Positions 18,272 to 28,466 of a stretch of 64,000 nt of DNA are shown in pieces (within the stretch, counting starts at the first letter, position 1; each line of letters begins with the position of its first letter). This stretch comes from Candidatus Alloenteromonas pullistercoris (GTDB lineage: Bacteria > Bacillota_I > Bacilli_A > RFN20 > CAG-826): positions 1,117 through 65,116 of the forward strand of contig JADINA010000001.1 of the NCBI GenBank assembly GCA_017694295.1, given 5' to 3'. The notes beneath the pieces are model-generated. The model was not told the origin of the DNA, did no database searches, and worked only from the letters and a program-made list of their open reading frames with translations. The translations under genes and the position numbers were made by a program.

Positions 18272-19291
18272 CTAGCGCAGTTTCCTTACCGACTCCTTGA
18301 ATTTTACCACGCCGGGGATCTCAATGCTCTTATGGATTTTTATTGAGGCCTGCTGATAGCCCATCTCCTCGATGAGCGAGGAGGCTAAGGCCTCGCCGAT
18401 CGCCTTGGTGTCCTGGACGACGGTCGAGAGGCGGGGGGAGCTATATTCCCCCATCTCGATGCCGTCGAAGCCGACGATGGAGAAGTCCTCGGGAATCCTT
18501 TTGCCGTGGTTTCTGATGCAGCGCATCCCGGCGATGGCGGTGTAGTCGTCTGGGTAGATGATGGCGGTGGGCCGGCTTGAACGCATGAGGATGCGCTCGG
18601 TGAGCTCAACGGCTTTTGCCTGGTTGAAGTAATCGCCTTTTAGGAGGTTTTGGGTGTTGAAGGGGATCTTGGCCTCGTAAAGGGCGTCCTGAAAGCCTTT
18701 GACGCGGGCTTCGGTGATGTCGTCCTCCCGCCCGGTGATGTAGGCAATCTCGCGATGCCCCAACCCCAAAAGCTTCCTCGTTACTTCCTTTAAAGCCGTG
18801 TAGCCGTCGGTGCGGACACCGGCCATCTTCGAGCCATAGTAATCGAAGCCGATGCAGCGGATCTCGGAATCGATGATCTCCTTCACGGCGGGTTTGTCCA
18901 TGTCCCCGAGGATGACGACCCCCTCGACGTTGCGGGAGACGATGTTCTTCAGTAGCGACGGGTTGGCATTGCCCTCGACGTTATGGGAGACGAAGAGGAT
19001 GTTGTATCCCTTGGCGTTGACGTATTTGGCGAAGGAATCGAGTATCGAGCCGAAAAGAGGATGGGAGAAGGGCGTGACCTCGTTTTCCAAGTAGACGAGG
19101 ATGCCGATGTTCCGGCTTTTGCCTTTCGAAAGCGACTTGGCTTGCAGGTTGGGGACGTATTTCATCTCCGCCATGATCTTCTTGATCCGCTGCTTTGTCT
19201 CATCCGGGATGGCCGGGTAGTCGTTGATCGCCTTGGAGACGGTGGAGGGGGAAACCCCGCACCGCTTGGCGACGTCGTAGATTGTAACCAT
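18272..19291 (-). CDS. LacI-family transcriptional repressor
   Basis: N-terminal HTH VTIYDVAKRCGVSPSTVSKAIN plus a periplasmic-binding-protein-like sugar-sensor fold pattern. Lies in an operon with GH30. Confidence 0.9.
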   Translation of the reverse strand: MVTIYDVAKRCGVSPSTVSKAINDYPAIPDETKQRIKKIMAEMKYVPNLQAKSLSKGKSRNIGILVYLENEVTPFSHPLFGSILDSFAKYVNAKGYNILFVSHNVEGNANPSLLKNIVSRNVEGVVILGDMDKPAVKEIIDSEIRCIGFDYYGSKMAGVRTDGYTALKEVTRKLLGLGHREIAYITGREDDITEARVKGFQDALYEAKIPFNTQNLLKGDYFNQAKAVELTERILMRSSRPTAIIYPDDYTAIAGMRCIRNHGKRIPEDFSIVGFDGIEMGEYSSPRLSTVVQDTKAIGEALASSLIEEMGYQQASIKIHKSIEIPGVVKFKESVRKLR

Positions 19292-19314
19292 ATTCGATAA
19301 CCCCCTTTTTTCCT

Positions 19315-20595
19315 TTATTCGAATATCAATGTGGCGATTTGCCCGGGCTCTAAGTCGACTTTGGCCTCATCCCCGGCGAAATCGACCCCGGCCGTCTTCC
19401 TTTCGCCTTCGTTTAAGACGATGGCGACCTTGGTCCCGTTTGGGTTTATGGCGAAGGCGGCGCTTAGGGAGGGATCCTCGAATTCAGCCTTATAGACCTT
19501 GGCCCCTTTCTCCAAATATGCGGAGAGGTGCTTGATCCCATAATAGCTTGGGTTGATCCGAAGCGACTTGCCATCGCTCATGATCGGGGCCTCGCAAAGG
19601 TTCCCGACGTGGTTATATCCCCCCGACATGTCGAGGAAGAGGTTCCAGTCGATGAAGCCGGTGCTCCCGGCGTTGAGGTCGCGGAGGTAGTTCCTGGCGT
19701 AGCGGGTCAAGGAGGAGTAGTCCCCCATCCCACCGAAGTCGGCCTGGTTGACGGTTTCGATGCAGCCCTCGGAGAAAAGAAGGGGCATCTTAAGCTCCTC
19801 GTATGTTTTCTCAAGCAAATCGAAGCGGTTGCGGTCGTACCAATGGTAGGCGATGCCGTAAACCGCCCCTGAATCGCAATGCGCGAGGGTCTCGATCGCC
19901 CTTTCCGGGAGGCGGTCGCGGTTATGGTCCCAGATGTATAGCCTGGTTTCCGGCAATAGGGAATGGAGGATGTTGGCTAGCCTCGCCTCCTGTTCTGGCG
20001 TATAAAGGCAGGATTCCCAAGTCTGGATGGCCTCGGGCTCGTTTTGGATGGTAAGGGCGGCGACGTCGAAGCCAAGGGAACGCATTTCCTTGACGTAGCG
20101 GGCCAAGTAGGCGGCGTGGAGGCCATAGCATTCCTCCTTAAGGCGCCCGCCATGGCACTTGTCGCCGTTATCCTTCCATTTGGCTAGCGGCGACCAAGTC
20201 GAGGAAAGAATGGGGAGCTTGAAGCCGGCTTCCCTTTCGGCGTCTTTTATCAAAGGGAGGATCTCCTTTTCGTCGTGGCTCAGGGAGAAGTCGCTTAAAT
20301 CGTCTTTGGCGGCGTAATCGTAATCGGAATGGGAGAAGTCGCAGCTCCCGATGGTGGTGCGGCCGATGTTGTAGCGAAGGCCGTCTTTCCCGAAATAGAG
20401 GGCGATGGCCTTCTCCTTAATCTCCTTATCCATGGTGGCGTATACGTGCGCGGCCGATTCGGTGAAGGCCCCGCCGAAGCCGACGATGGTTTGCCTTTCC
20501 TTTCCTGAGCGCACCAAGGCAGTGGCGGGGGAGGGCGATTCCCCAATTGGCTGGAGATAGCTGCCGCGCTTGGAGGTTACGATTTTGACTTTCAT
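19315..20595 (-). CDS. Glycoside hydrolase family 30 (glucosylceramidase-like; candidate beta-1,6-glucanase or beta-glucosidase)
   Basis: GFGGAFTESAAHVY, TIQNEPE (acid/base) and LFSEGC (nucleophile region). I prefer the ATG at 20595 (MKVKIV) over the TTG at 20604. Confidence 0.8.
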   Translation of the reverse strand: MKVKIVTSKRGSYLQPIGESPSPATALVRSGKERQTIVGFGGAFTESAAHVYATMDKEIKEKAIALYFGKDGLRYNIGRTTIGSCDFSHSDYDYAAKDDLSDFSLSHDEKEILPLIKDAEREAGFKLPILSSTWSPLAKWKDNGDKCHGGRLKEECYGLHAAYLARYVKEMRSLGFDVAALTIQNEPEAIQTWESCLYTPEQEARLANILHSLLPETRLYIWDHNRDRLPERAIETLAHCDSGAVYGIAYHWYDRNRFDLLEKTYEELKMPLLFSEGCIETVNQADFGGMGDYSSLTRYARNYLRDLNAGSTGFIDWNLFLDMSGGYNHVGNLCEAPIMSDGKSLRINPSYYGIKHLSAYLEKGAKVYKAEFEDPSLSAAFAINPNGTKVAIVLNEGERKTAGVDFAGDEAKVDLEPGQIATLIFE

Positions 20596-20645
20596 GTTTC
20601 CCAATCTTTCCCGGAATATAACTTTCCGTATAGGTAGCGTCTATA

Positions 20646-20754
20646 GTAAATCGGTTTCTCAAGAATTAGTAAAGGGGGGAGTTGTAAGCGGTTTCCTTCT
20701 TTTTCCCGCCATTTTCCGCATCCCATCGGAAGTATTAGGTGTCAACCGGTTTCC
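20646..20754. promoter_or_regulatory. Cluster of three LacI/CcpA-type operators in the divergent GH30 / ABC-operon control region
   Basis: GTAAATCGGTTTCT (20646-20659), TGTAAGCGGTTTCC (20683-20696), GTCAACCGGTTTCC (20741-20754). Confidence 0.5.
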
Positions 20755-20769
20755 CGTAAATTTTTTCGC

Positions 20770-20822
20770 TTGCTTTGTAAGCCCTTCCAATTTAAGATTT
20801 ATGCGTAGGAAATCGATTTCCT
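20770..20822 (+). promoter_or_regulatory. ABC-operon promoter with overlapping operators, including a perfect 16-bp palindrome
   Basis: -35 TTGCTT (20770-20775), 17-nt spacer, -10 TAAGAT (20793-20798). TGTAAGCCCTTCCA (20776-20789). AGGAAATCGATTTCCT (20807-20822) lies at the predicted +1 region. Confidence 0.55.
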
Positions 20823-20841
20823 AAATAAAAAGGAGAATCTA

Positions 20842-22284
20842 ATGAAAACAAAGCAGCTTCTTGTTGCGATGACCGCCCTTGTCGGCGTTACCGCCGTTAC
20901 CGGGTGCGATGGAGGGGATACCACCCGTGAGTCTGGGGTACTTTCCGTCCTCGCCTACAATGGCGGCTATGGCGACGAATGGATCAACGAGATCGCCAGC
21001 GAGTTCACCCGCCAGACCGGCATCGCCATCGTCCCTTCCGTCGACTCCTCTTTGCTCACCACCATCGAATCGGAATTGGTAAGCCGCTACCCGAAGTACG
21101 ACATCATCATGTCCCACGGCATCGGGTGGCAAAGCTATGCCAACCGCGGGCTTGTCGCCGAGCTCGATGACCTTTACGAATCAACCAACGACGACGGCGA
21201 CGTCTTCGCCGACCGCGTCGTCGACGAGGGCTTGGAGCTAAGCTCCTATAAAGCCTACCGCCAGGACGAGGCCCATTATTACAAGGTCCCCTTCACCCAG
21301 GGCGCCGGCGGCTTGGTCTATAACGTCGATATGTTCGAGGAGCATGGCTGGGCCGTCCCCAATTCCTATGCCGACCTCGTTTCGCTTTGCGCCGAGATCG
21401 CCGCAGACGAAGATGGCATCCTCCCCTTCGCCTGGGCCGGCGGCAGCCGCGCCTATTATTGGGATTACGTCGTCTACTCCTGGTGGTATGAACTCGCCGG
21501 GGAGGACGTCTACAACCAGTGGCTTTCCCAAACCGGGAGCGACGGCACCTACGACACCGGCATCGAGAACTACAACCCCGACACCTCCGGCTCGGCTTTC
21601 TCCTATTTCAAGCAAGCCTATCAGATGTGGTATGACCTGGTGGCCACCCACCCCGAATACTCCAACGAGAACGCTTATGGCGCCAACCTCATGACCGCCC
21701 AGAACCTCTTCATCAACGGGCAGGCCGCCATGATCCCCTACGGCACCTGGGCGAAAAAGGAGATTGAGAACAACACCGGCAAGTCCTTTAACTTCGATGT
21801 CGCCATGATGCCGACCCCCAACGTCAATGACGGGGAAACCCATTACAACTTCATGGTCGGCTTCGGCGATTCCATGATCATCCCGGCCCACTCGCCCAAC
21901 ATCGAATTGGCCAAGGAGTTCCTCTCCTTCATGTCGACCGAATACGCCTGCAAATCCTTCGTCAAATACGCCGAAGGGCCCTTTCTCGGATTCAATTACG
22001 ATGACGTCGACATGAGCGATATCACCGCAAATGACAGCTATGCTGCCTCGATAAGCAAGAATCTAAGCGAGTCGGTCTCCTTCTCGACCGCCTCCAACAA
22101 CGCCGTCTTGATCGCCAACGGCGATACCAACGTCCAGCCTTGGGTCAACAACGAGATCCCCTACGCGAGCGCTCTTTCCACCCCGAGCTCCTACTCTCCG
22201 GATTCCGTCTTCGCCGATCTTTATGACGATGCTAGGTCCTCCTGGACCAGCTGGGTCCGCAACGCCGAATCGATTTCGCGCTAA
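20842..22284 (+). CDS. Sugar ABC transporter substrate-binding lipoprotein
   Basis: AAGGAGA RBS. Lipobox VTAVTGCDGG. Family-1 SBP-like composition. First gene of the transporter operon. Confidence 0.85.
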   Translation: MKTKQLLVAMTALVGVTAVTGCDGGDTTRESGVLSVLAYNGGYGDEWINEIASEFTRQTGIAIVPSVDSSLLTTIESELVSRYPKYDIIMSHGIGWQSYANRGLVAELDDLYESTNDDGDVFADRVVDEGLELSSYKAYRQDEAHYYKVPFTQGAGGLVYNVDMFEEHGWAVPNSYADLVSLCAEIAADEDGILPFAWAGGSRAYYWDYVVYSWWYELAGEDVYNQWLSQTGSDGTYDTGIENYNPDTSGSAFSYFKQAYQMWYDLVATHPEYSNENAYGANLMTAQNLFINGQAAMIPYGTWAKKEIENNTGKSFNFDVAMMPTPNVNDGETHYNFMVGFGDSMIIPAHSPNIELAKEFLSFMSTEYACKSFVKYAEGPFLGFNYDDVDMSDITANDSYAASISKNLSESVSFSTASNNAVLIANGDTNVQPWVNNEIPYASALSTPSSYSPDSVFADLYDDARSSWTSWVRNAESISR

Positions 22285-22297
22285 AAAGTGAACCGCC

Positions 22298-23248
22298 ATG
22301 GCTTTCCTAAAGAAACGGGAACCGGCGACGGCTGAGCATCCTTACATCCCCAGCCGGAAGAAGTTCCGCATAAAGGGCACGACGATCTTCATCATCGTCA
22401 TGCTCGCCTACCCGGTAATCCAGTTCTGCATCACCTGGTTCGGGGTCAACATCAACTCGATTTTGCTCACCTTCAAAGACGGCTATGGCGAGTTCCTGCC
22501 TCTCGATGACCTCTTCTACAACTTCGAGACCGTCTTCCTCTCCTTCACCAGCGACTGGGACATCTACCTCGCCTCGTTCGCCTACATCGTCCTCAATTGC
22601 TTCATCACCCTCCCGGTGTCGATGCTCTTCGCCTACTTCATCTTCAAGAAGATCTGGGGCGGGGCGGCCTTCAAGGCCATCTTCTATTTGCCTTGCATCC
22701 TCCCCATCGTCGCCCTTACCTTCGTCTACGAGATGTCCTTCACCGGCGGCTCGGGGGCCAATGGCTTCATGTACAGCTTCTTCTCCCTCTTCGGCGTCAA
22801 TAGCGCACGCTGGATGACCAGCGACACCGGGGCGAAATTGCTCGTTTGGGTGTTTTGCTTCTGGACCGGCATCGGCTACGACGTCATGCTCATGAGCGCC
22901 GCCATGGCCCGCATCCCCCGCGAGCTGCTCGAATCGGCGAAGATGGACGGAATCACCCCGATGAAGGAGTTCTTCCACGTCGTCATCCCCCTTTCCTGGC
23001 CGACGATCACGACCCTTATGATCTTCGCCATGCTCGGCTTCTTCGGGACCTACCTCCAGCCGATGCTATTGGCCGAGGGGACACATGGGACGATGACGCT
23101 TGGGCTTAAGATATTCCAAGACGCCCAAGGCGACGTCAGCAAATACGGGGCCGCCACCCTTGGCTTGGTTTGGACCATCATCGGCGCGCCCATCATCCTC
23201 GCGGTCCGCAACCTCATGAACCGCTGCTTCAAGGAGGTCACCTTCTGA
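22298..23248 (+). CDS. Sugar ABC transporter permease (MalF/UgpA-like)
   Basis: Six-TM pattern. EAA loop ESAKMDGITPMKEFFHVVIPLSWP. Confidence 0.85.
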   Translation: MAFLKKREPATAEHPYIPSRKKFRIKGTTIFIIVMLAYPVIQFCITWFGVNINSILLTFKDGYGEFLPLDDLFYNFETVFLSFTSDWDIYLASFAYIVLNCFITLPVSMLFAYFIFKKIWGGAAFKAIFYLPCILPIVALTFVYEMSFTGGSGANGFMYSFFSLFGVNSARWMTSDTGAKLLVWVFCFWTGIGYDVMLMSAAMARIPRELLESAKMDGITPMKEFFHVVIPLSWPTITTLMIFAMLGFFGTYLQPMLLAEGTHGTMTLGLKIFQDAQGDVSKYGAATLGLVWTIIGAPIILAVRNLMNRCFKEVTF

Positions 23249-24195
23249 TGGAAACCATCCAGCATAAACTGCATAAATGGGCCCGGAAGAAGGCCGATGA
23301 TCGCCGAAAGGAAAGCTACGCCCGCAATAACGACATCCTCTTTAAGCGGCATGGGGCCGAGAAGGCGCTTTACATCATCGTCTTCATCGTCTTCCTGCTC
23401 TTCGCCGTCTCCTACATCTTCCCCTTCGTCTGGGTGCTCTTAAATTCCTTCAAGACCCAGACCGACTTCTCGAGCAACTTCTCCGGCTTGCCTAGGGAAT
23501 GGACGTTTGATAACTTCGCGGAGGCCTTCACCTTCACCTCGCTTGAGACCAAGGACAAGACCATCCTCTACATGCTCGGCATGTCGGTGCTCATCTCCTT
23601 GCTTGGGACGGCGGCCACCGTCTTCTTCTCCTCCTGCGCCGCCTATGTATGCGCTAAATACGACTTCCCGGGCCGCAAGATCGTCTTCGGGGTCGTCATC
23701 TTCACCATGATCATCCCGGTCGTCGGCTCCCTCCCGGCCCAGATCGACCTCATGCAGACCCTTGGCCTATACAACAAGGTCATCGGCCTCGTCTTCCTTT
23801 ACTCGGGGGCGTTTGGCTCGAACTTCATGCTCCTCTACGCCTTCTTCAAAAACCTCTCCTGGACCTATGTCGAGGCCGCTAAGATCGACGGGGCGAGCGA
23901 CTTCCGCATCTTCTTCACCATCATCGCCCCGATGGCCAAAGGCCCGATCACGGCCATCTTCATCATCGTCTTCATCGGCCTTTGGTCCGATTACATGAAC
24001 CCCTATATCTTCCTCAACGACCAGCCGACCCTCGCCGTCGGGTTGAAGATGCTAACCGACACCATGGAGCAGCAGGGCACCTACACCCTCCTATTCGCCT
24101 CCATCATCATCGCCATCTTCCCCGTCGTCCTCTTCTTCTGTTTGTTCAACAAAACCATCATGGAAAACACCGCCATCGGCGGATTAAAGGGCTAA
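23248..24195 (+). CDS. Sugar ABC transporter permease (MalG/UgpE-like)
   Basis: The ATG at 23248 overlaps the upstream TGA (TGATG), so the track ORF from 23170 is over-extended. EAA loop EAAKIDGASDFRIFFTIIAPMAKG. Confidence 0.85.
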   Translation: METIQHKLHKWARKKADDRRKESYARNNDILFKRHGAEKALYIIVFIVFLLFAVSYIFPFVWVLLNSFKTQTDFSSNFSGLPREWTFDNFAEAFTFTSLETKDKTILYMLGMSVLISLLGTAATVFFSSCAAYVCAKYDFPGRKIVFGVVIFTMIIPVVGSLPAQIDLMQTLGLYNKVIGLVFLYSGAFGSNFMLLYAFFKNLSWTYVEAAKIDGASDFRIFFTIIAPMAKGPITAIFIIVFIGLWSDYMNPYIFLNDQPTLAVGLKMLTDTMEQQGTYTLLFASIIIAIFPVVLFFCLFNKTIMENTAIGGLKG

Positions 24196-24216
24196 GCCCG
24201 CGAAAGGAGAAACACC

Positions 24217-25599
24217 ATGAAGCTTCGTTCCATCCTCCTGGTGGCCTCGGCCGCCTTCCTTCTCACCGCCTGCGGCGGCGGCACCTCTGAGGGCTCCGAC
24301 CCTAACGCCCTCTCCATCACCCTCGCCGGCAACACGACCGTCGAGGTTGGCAGCCGCGTCAAGCTCAACGCCACCGTCAATAACGACGGCGAGCGCCTTG
24401 GCGTGAGCTGGGAATCCTCCGATTCCTCCATCGCCTCGGTCGACGGGGAAGGCTACGTCACCGGGCTAAAGGAGGGCGAGGTCACCATCACCGCGACCTC
24501 CCTCGCCGACACCTCGGTCTCCTCTTCCTGGCAATTAGCCGTCTTGCCCTCTTCCATCCCCTCGGTCGCCATCGAGATGGGGGCTGGGACGACCCAAGTC
24601 GGCACGAGCCTTAGCCTAGAGGCCGACATCTACAACCCGACCACCTACACCCCGCGCATCCAGTGGACCACGACCCGGGGCAAAGGCAACCTCGGCGGGG
24701 CCAGGACCGAGCGGGCCAGCCTAACCGGCAACTCCATCGGCACCGAGATCGTTAACCTCGAGGTCAACATCGGGCCCTACACCATCAAACAATCGGTCAA
24801 CGTTTACATCTCCGACAACTACAATGACCCCGCCAAGGGCTGGGTCGCCATAAGCGACGCCGAGACCTTCATTGAGAATTTCTTCACCGGGGGCGACATC
24901 AACGGCAGCTACTATCTCGCCGCCGACATCGACCTCGGCGGGTATGAGATCACGACCGCCAACCGGGGCAACCTCGTCGGCGTCCTCGATGGAAGGGGCC
25001 ATAAGATAAGCAACTTCGCCCTCTCCGGCGAAGCCCCCGACACCCAAGGCTATTCGGCCAACGCCGGCTTCTTCAACAACATCGCCGCCTCCGGGGCCGT
25101 CCGCAACCTCCACATGGTCGCCAACCTCGGCGAATCGGCTTCCGGCTGGGGCTCCTCGGCTTTGACCAAGGGGTGCGACGGCAAGATCGACAACGTCCTG
25201 CTCGAAGTCGAGCATTCCTTCGATAACGGCATGCTCGTCATCCCCGACAACGACTACTATTGCCCCTTCAACGCCGGATTGGTCGGCGTCCCGGCCAACT
25301 CCGCTGAGATCTATGACTGCGTCGTCTCCGTCACCGGCGTCGGCGCCTCCACGATGTACGCCGACTGCGCCTACCCCTCCGGCTCCGGCGCCGCCCAAAC
25401 CTTCACCTTCGACGGGATCTACACCAACTCCACCCTCGTCGGCGGGCAAACCTGGGATTGGGGCGGAGCGGTCGCCGACACCTCCGGCTACGTCATCGGC
25501 ATCGATTGGGCAAACGCCTCCACCTCCGAGTACTACTCCCTCTCCAACTCCGTTTGGAACGTCGCCGAGGGCTCGATGCCGTCATTGAAGGTAATGTAA
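24217..25599 (+). CDS. Surface lipoprotein with Big_2 Ig-like repeats and a GLUG-like module
   Basis: Lipobox FLLTACGGG. VKLNATV...VSWESSDSSIASVDGEGYVTGLKEGEVTITATS (Big_2). YYLAADIDLGGYEI...LVGVLDGRGHKISNF. Confidence 0.7.
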   Translation: MKLRSILLVASAAFLLTACGGGTSEGSDPNALSITLAGNTTVEVGSRVKLNATVNNDGERLGVSWESSDSSIASVDGEGYVTGLKEGEVTITATSLADTSVSSSWQLAVLPSSIPSVAIEMGAGTTQVGTSLSLEADIYNPTTYTPRIQWTTTRGKGNLGGARTERASLTGNSIGTEIVNLEVNIGPYTIKQSVNVYISDNYNDPAKGWVAISDAETFIENFFTGGDINGSYYLAADIDLGGYEITTANRGNLVGVLDGRGHKISNFALSGEAPDTQGYSANAGFFNNIAASGAVRNLHMVANLGESASGWGSSALTKGCDGKIDNVLLEVEHSFDNGMLVIPDNDYYCPFNAGLVGVPANSAEIYDCVVSVTGVGASTMYADCAYPSGSGAAQTFTFDGIYTNSTLVGGQTWDWGGAVADTSGYVIGIDWANASTSEYYSLSNSVWNVAEGSMPSLKVM

Positions 25600-25601
25600 G
25601 C

Positions 25602-26984
25602 ATGAAAAAGCTATTCCTTTTGGCCGGGGCCGCCTTATTGGCCGCCCCCTTGGCCTCCTGCGGCTCCGGGACCGTTAAGCCCCAAGCCGGGGACACGATC
25701 TTCATCGCCCCCAGCGCGGGCGAGCAAACCTTTGGGGCCCGCCCATACTTCGACGTCTCCGATCCCGCCGAGCGGCTTTGCTTCGAAATCGACGTTGCGG
25801 GGGACATCTCCCAGATCATCGTCGGCCGCGAGCAGCTTTATCCCGGTGAGGACTTCGGCTATGCCGACGGCGTCTTGACCATCAAGACCGATTCCTTCCT
25901 CGACGAGGAGGGCAACTCGCTTCTTGGCACCGGGGACATATCCTTCTCCATCGTCGCCGACGAGATGGCGAGCATCGACGTCCTCTTCGTCAACAAGGTG
26001 CTTCGGACCGTCGACGACGTCTTGGCCTTAAACGACTACGAGGACGAGGACAACCCGACCCCGATAACCGGGTCTTACATCCTTGGCAACGACATCGACT
26101 TCTCCTCCATCTCCAACATGCAGCCCATCGGCTACTCCAATTCCGACGACGGCCTCCACAACAACGACTTCTTCAACGGGGTCTTCGACGGCAACGGCTA
26201 CACCATCTCCGGCGTCAACATCGTTTGGAACACCGATTTAGCCACCAACAAAAACATCTACGACGGCCAGCCCCTTTGGAGCGACGTCTCCCATAGCGAA
26301 GGCGTCAATTACGGCTTCTTCCAGGAAATCGGGGCCGCCGGCGTGGTCCGCAACGTCCGCTTCGAGGATTGCTCGATCAAGGGCAAATCGATCGTCGGCG
26401 TCGTGGCCGGGCTCGTCTCTGGGAGGATAGAGAACGTCGTCGTCGACTCCTCCTGCGACGTCACCGCCTCCACCCATTATTACGACGAATCGTGCAACGC
26501 CGCCGGGCTGGCTGGGATAGTCGGGACCACCGGCTCGGTCGAGAACTGCGTCGTCTTGACCGATGACATCTCGGTGCTTGAGCAATACACCGATTACGAT
26601 GACGTCTACCTAGACGAAATCCCTGTCGACGGCACCGATCCCATCAACTACCACGTCTTCTATGGCGGGACGAAGGGCTGGAACGACTCCAATGGGGCCG
26701 ATTCCACCGGCGTCTACGGCGGGGTTGGTTTGACCTACGGGAGTTGCCACAACTGCGTGAGCCTTCGCGGCGGGGAGTCGCTTTATTGGACCCAAACCCA
26801 CCTCGAGATCAATAAGCCGTATGACGGCGAGGACGTCGGGACGGCCGCTAATTGCCTTTCGGCCGACGAGGCGACCATCAAATCCGCCTCGACCTACGCC
26901 TCCTTCCCGCTTGATTCCTGGGTCATCGCCGATGGGGCCTATCCGCGCCTTCGCGCCTCCCACCCCTATCGGATCGCCGAATAA
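25602..26984 (+). CDS. Surface lipoprotein with a GLUG-motif module
   Basis: True start MKKLFLLAGAALLAAPLASCGSG at 25602. YILGNDIDFSSISNMQPIGYS...FNGVFDGNGYTISGV, NAAGLAGIVG, C-terminal WVIADGAYPRL. Confidence 0.7.
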   Translation: MKKLFLLAGAALLAAPLASCGSGTVKPQAGDTIFIAPSAGEQTFGARPYFDVSDPAERLCFEIDVAGDISQIIVGREQLYPGEDFGYADGVLTIKTDSFLDEEGNSLLGTGDISFSIVADEMASIDVLFVNKVLRTVDDVLALNDYEDEDNPTPITGSYILGNDIDFSSISNMQPIGYSNSDDGLHNNDFFNGVFDGNGYTISGVNIVWNTDLATNKNIYDGQPLWSDVSHSEGVNYGFFQEIGAAGVVRNVRFEDCSIKGKSIVGVVAGLVSGRIENVVVDSSCDVTASTHYYDESCNAAGLAGIVGTTGSVENCVVLTDDISVLEQYTDYDDVYLDEIPVDGTDPINYHVFYGGTKGWNDSNGADSTGVYGGVGLTYGSCHNCVSLRGGESLYWTQTHLEINKPYDGEDVGTAANCLSADEATIKSASTYASFPLDSWVIADGAYPRLRASHPYRIAE

Positions 26985-26995
26985 GGAGGGCAACC

Positions 26996-28447
26996 ATGGA
27001 CAAAAAGAAACTTCTCTTCCTCCCCCTTCTCCTATTGGCCTCCTGCGCCGATAAGGGAACGGAAAGCTCTTCCGGGAGCCGGGTCATCGACCTTTCCGAC
27101 CTCCCCTCCTCGATCGAGCTTGACGAAACAATCGACCTATCCGCGCTTGGCCTAAGCGGCGTCGAGTGGTCGATCGACGACCCGCTGGTCGCGACCCTTG
27201 AGGGGACAACCGTGACCCCGCTTCGGGTCGGGACGATCGGGATAACCGCGACCCCAAACGATTCCCCGCGCGACTACGTCACCGAATACGTCAACGCCAA
27301 GCGCCCCGAAGGCAATATCCTTAGCATCGATAACGCCTCCTCCACCCAAACCGTAAGGGTCGGCGAGACCTTTAAATTCACCGCCTCCATAGCCGGCGAC
27401 ATCCCCAACAAGGATATCGGCTGGATCGTCTCCAACGACGCGATCGCCTCAATTTCCGAGGACGGGACGCTTACGGCGAAGGCCGTGGGGGAATTGACCG
27501 TCACCGCCTATTCCCTTTATTCGCCTTTGAACATAGCCGCCAACGTCGATGTGTCGATCGTGGCTAGTGGCGATAATCAGGGCGAGACCGAAAGCAAAGA
27601 CGTCTCTTTGGTGGCCGTCGACTTTGAGGGGAAACAAACCCAATTCGGCGAGACCGATAAGCAAAGCTATGAGCTCGTCTGGGAGGATGACTTCCTCGGC
27701 TCAAAGCTCAACCTCAACAACTGGGAGCCGATGATGGGCAACGGCTCGGCTTACGACAACCCCGGCTGGGGCAACGCCGAGAAGCAGTTCTACCGCGAGG
27801 AGAACGCCACCCCGATCGACGGGGAGCTCATCATCACCGCCAAATACTGCGACCCCGACCAAAACCTCGACCAGACCTACACCTCCTCGAGGCTTCGCTC
27901 GGCTAGGAAGGTAGCCGACACCTACGGCTACATCGAGGCCCGCATCGCCTGCCCTAGCGGCGACGGCCTATGGCCGGCTTTCTGGATGCTTCCGGAAGCC
28001 GCCGGGACCACGGCTTACGGCGGTTGGCCCAATTCCGGGGAGATCGACATCCTCGAGGCCAAAGGCCGCATCACCTATGGGGTCGACGGGACGATCCACT
28101 ATTACGACACCGCCTCCCATGACCACGCCTACACCAACGTCCATTACGATTTCCCCGAGGACCAGGAAGACGGGACCATCATGGATTACCACACCTACGC
28201 CGTCAGGTGGGAGGAAGGGTGCATCTCCTGGTATTGCGACGACATCTGCTATGGCTACCTCAACCAGGATAACGACCCCTGGACCTGCAATGGCGCGGAA
28301 TTCCCCGCCCCCTTCGACAAGCCCTTCCACATCCTTCTTAACCTCGCCGTCGGCGGGAATTACGACGGATACCGCGAACCGCTTCCCGAGGAGCTGCCGG
28401 CCCAGATGAAGGTCGATTATGTCCGCTGGTACAAGGCGGCCGAATAA
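26996..28447 (+). CDS. Lipoprotein GH16 beta-1,3-glucanase (laminarinase) with two Big_2 Ig-like domains
   Basis: Lipobox LLLLASCADKG. GH16 catalytic motif GWPNSGEIDILE, and WPAFWMLP. Confidence 0.85.
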   Translation: MDKKKLLFLPLLLLASCADKGTESSSGSRVIDLSDLPSSIELDETIDLSALGLSGVEWSIDDPLVATLEGTTVTPLRVGTIGITATPNDSPRDYVTEYVNAKRPEGNILSIDNASSTQTVRVGETFKFTASIAGDIPNKDIGWIVSNDAIASISEDGTLTAKAVGELTVTAYSLYSPLNIAANVDVSIVASGDNQGETESKDVSLVAVDFEGKQTQFGETDKQSYELVWEDDFLGSKLNLNNWEPMMGNGSAYDNPGWGNAEKQFYREENATPIDGELIITAKYCDPDQNLDQTYTSSRLRSARKVADTYGYIEARIACPSGDGLWPAFWMLPEAAGTTAYGGWPNSGEIDILEAKGRITYGVDGTIHYYDTASHDHAYTNVHYDFPEDQEDGTIMDYHTYAVRWEEGCISWYCDDICYGYLNQDNDPWTCNGAEFPAPFDKPFHILLNLAVGGNYDGYREPLPEELPAQMKVDYVRWYKAAE

Positions 28448-28466
28448 CCCAACACGGAGGCAAATC

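Noticed and set aside
17823-18275. 150-aa + strand ORF opposite the 123-aa minus-strand ORF.
   Set aside because: It has a GTG start without an RBS and an unnatural composition. The minus-strand ORF has a strong RBS, operon context, a terminator and FtsK-like motifs.
24217-26984. The two tandem GLUG lipoprotein genes are both exactly 1383 nt, which suggested a recent tandem duplication.
   Set aside because: Nucleotide and protein sequences are highly diverged outside the shared module. The equal length appears coincidental.
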